Below, in pieces: positions 61,991 through 64,000 of a stretch of 64,000 nucleotides of DNA (within the stretch, counting starts at the first letter, position 1; each line of letters begins with the position of its first letter). Source of the stretch: Octopus sinensis. Lineage: Eukaryota. The translations under genes and the position numbers were made by a program. Under the pieces are notes generated by a model. The model made no database searches, was not told the origin of the DNA, and was given only the letters and a program-made list of their open reading frames with translations. The stretch is taken from the NCBI RefSeq assembly GCF_006345805.1, contig NC_042997.1:196540001-196604000 (forward strand). The letters are read 5' to 3'.

Positions 61991-62870
61991 GGGCTAGAAT
62001 GTTCTAGCAAGTGGTATGAGTATTAATAAGGCGGCGAGCTGGCAGAAACGTTAGCACGCCGGGCGAAATGCTTAGCAGTATTTCGTCTGTCTTTACGCCG
62101 AGTTCAAATTCCACCGAGGTCGACTTTGCCTTTCATCCTTTCGGGGTCGATGAAATAAGTACCAGTTACGCACTGGGGTCGATGCAATCGACTTAATCCT
62201 TTTGCGTGTCCTTGTTTGTCCCCTCTGTGTTTAGCCCCTTGTGGGTAATAAAGAATTAGGTATTTCGTCTGTCTTTACGTTCTGAGTTAAAATTCCGCCG
62301 AGGGCGACTTTGCCTTTCATCCTTTCGGGGTCGATTAAATAAGTACCAGTTACGCACTGGGGTTGATGTAATCGACTTAATCCGTTTTGTCTGTCCTTGT
62401 TTGTCCCCTCTGTGTTTAGCCCCTTGTGGGTAGTAAGGAAATAGGTATGAATATCAACCTTCGTCAGCAGCAGAGAATAATCAGGTGAAATTCACATGAG
62501 ATATGCGAATATAGCCAGACAAAAAGCTGTAACATAACCGATCAGATATCACTCTGCTACTGGAGTAGTCCAAAGAATGGCCCTTCATTGACATAGCTAT
62601 ATCTGCGGACCAAAACATTGTAAAGACAGAAGACGAGAAAGTCGGGAAGTGTCAAGATTCAGGATTGGAAGGGAAAAAGTGAGTCTTGATCGGTGCATTT
62701 GGGACCATCTCAAAGAGAGCAGCATATTAGTATCAAAAGCTGCAAGTGCCAAACTTCAAAGGAAGTATTCAGTTGGCATCAATACTTGGAACAGCCCATG
62801 TGTTGAGGAAACTGTTGTGTCTCTAAGCTGCGGAGAGGAGCTGAGACATGACATGTATAAATCAAGAGAA
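61982..62870 (+). mobile_element. RLE-type LINE 3' fragment, family Z, interrupted by SINE A
   Basis: LYGLECSSKWYEY, then SINE, then YEYQPSSAAENNQVK..HNRSDI..IDIAISADQNIVKTEDEK..IGAFGTISK..ASILGTAHVLRKLLCL*; followed by (AAC)/(AAT)n. Confidence 0.82.
62030..62443 (+). mobile_element. SINE family A, two alpha units
   Basis: 14-bp TSD ggtatgagtattaa (62013-62026) / ggtatgaatatcaa (62444-62457). Confidence 0.9.
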
Positions 62871-63053
62871 GTTAAGAGAATAACAACAACAGTAACAATA
62901 ATAATAATAACAAAACAACAACAAAGGAGAGTACTAGATAATTCAAAAGAACAGATAGTATGGTACCGTAGGCTGCAGGTAGTAAGCCCGCTTCAGATGC
63001 AAGACTCCAGGAGATCCAACAAAAGAATAATAATAATAGTGATGATGATAAAA

Positions 63054-63296
63054 TATTGTTGTATTTAGGAATGGTCATTTTGACAGTTTAGCCAATAAAA
63101 ACACACTCACTATATATTTGGTGTTACTTTGCTTCAGTGTTGTTTATTTTTTACATTAATCTTAATCTTATTTCGGCCAGAGTTCTTTCGTCACACTCCT
63201 GTGACCTCATCACTGAAGCAAAGTAACACCAAATATATAGTGCGTCTGTTTTTATTGGCTAAACTGGCAAAATGACCATTCCTAAATGCAACAATA
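63054..63296. repeat. Palindromic repeat (86-bp arms) with a hammerhead-like spacer; probable Penelope-like inverted pseudo-LTR
   Basis: 63054-63139 is the reverse complement of 63211-63296; spacer on minus strand reads gTGATGA G gtcac aggagt gtgac GAAA gaa cTC tgg. Confidence 0.65.
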
Positions 63297-64000
63297 CCTG
63301 TTTCAACACACGATTTCACATCAAAAATCTTGCAAAACAAATATATGATGATAAAAGTAATTGAAAGAAAGTTTACCAAGTCATGGCAAATATACTGTAT
63401 TTACTTGTGTGTACTTAGAGAAATTCAATATAAAAATATCAACTAAATAAACGAACACAAAAGCAAACTTATGAACACGAAAATAATAATGGTGGTAGCC
63501 TTGAGACATCGAACGTCTAAGTTATACATCTCATTGCCCGAGGCAATAAAACATTGTATGCGTAGAGAATACATCCAATGGCAATTTTAAATTCTGTTAG
63601 CACGGTGGTAGTCTATTGTTTATAAAGTGATTGCGTGATTGAAAATATAGCAGTGAAAATGAAACTGAAAGTTAAGTTACACTACTGATATGAGCTAGTA
63701 GTGAACTAAACAGGCTACATGCAGGGAAATATTAAGCTTAAGGACTTATAATATTAATACTAGTTATCCTGGATATTATTTGATGAAGTAGAAATAAAAA
63801 GATAAAAGCGTATTAGGCAATAATCTCAATATGTCAATATTTTCTACTGGTTTGATGTAGCCAGGAATGCTTTTCTTGAACAAATATTCTCCAAGAGATT
63901 TTTAGTGAATTAGCATCGCAATTGCTACTGCTAACTTGTTTGTAGTCCGGTATAACCTTTTGCATCGTTGGTGACGGAGCCTGGCTTGCTTGTTTAAGAG

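Overview
AT-rich eukaryotic DNA, most likely from an octopus (inferred from the SINE families and the extreme TA/CA/TACA/GA microsatellite load), with one 100-N assembly gap at 13414-13513. Most ORFs in the supplied track are microsatellite artefacts or retroelement debris. Repeats dominate. There are about 20 copies of a tRNA-headed SINE ('A') whose ~184-bp internal unit forms tandem arrays, and about 20 copies of a second SINE ('B') with an internal microsatellite. A third SINE set is built from interchangeable heads and tails. Also present are fragments of RLE (R4/Dong-like), RTE and CR1 LINEs, Helitrons, Tc1/mariner, pogo/Tigger and hAT remnants, and Penelope-like pieces. Best leads: (1) a phase-compatible chain of small + strand exons over ~35 kb whose peptide resembles a Venus-flytrap/ANF-receptor ectodomain; (2) several sequence-unrelated minimal type I hammerhead ribozyme motifs, two with intact cores, some inside long palindromes; (3) SINE head/tail shuffling, with one tail sharing its terminal hairpin with a local RTE LINE; (4) self-arraying SINE units. 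All family assignments come from motif recognition by eye, not database searches, and repeat boundaries are approximate.
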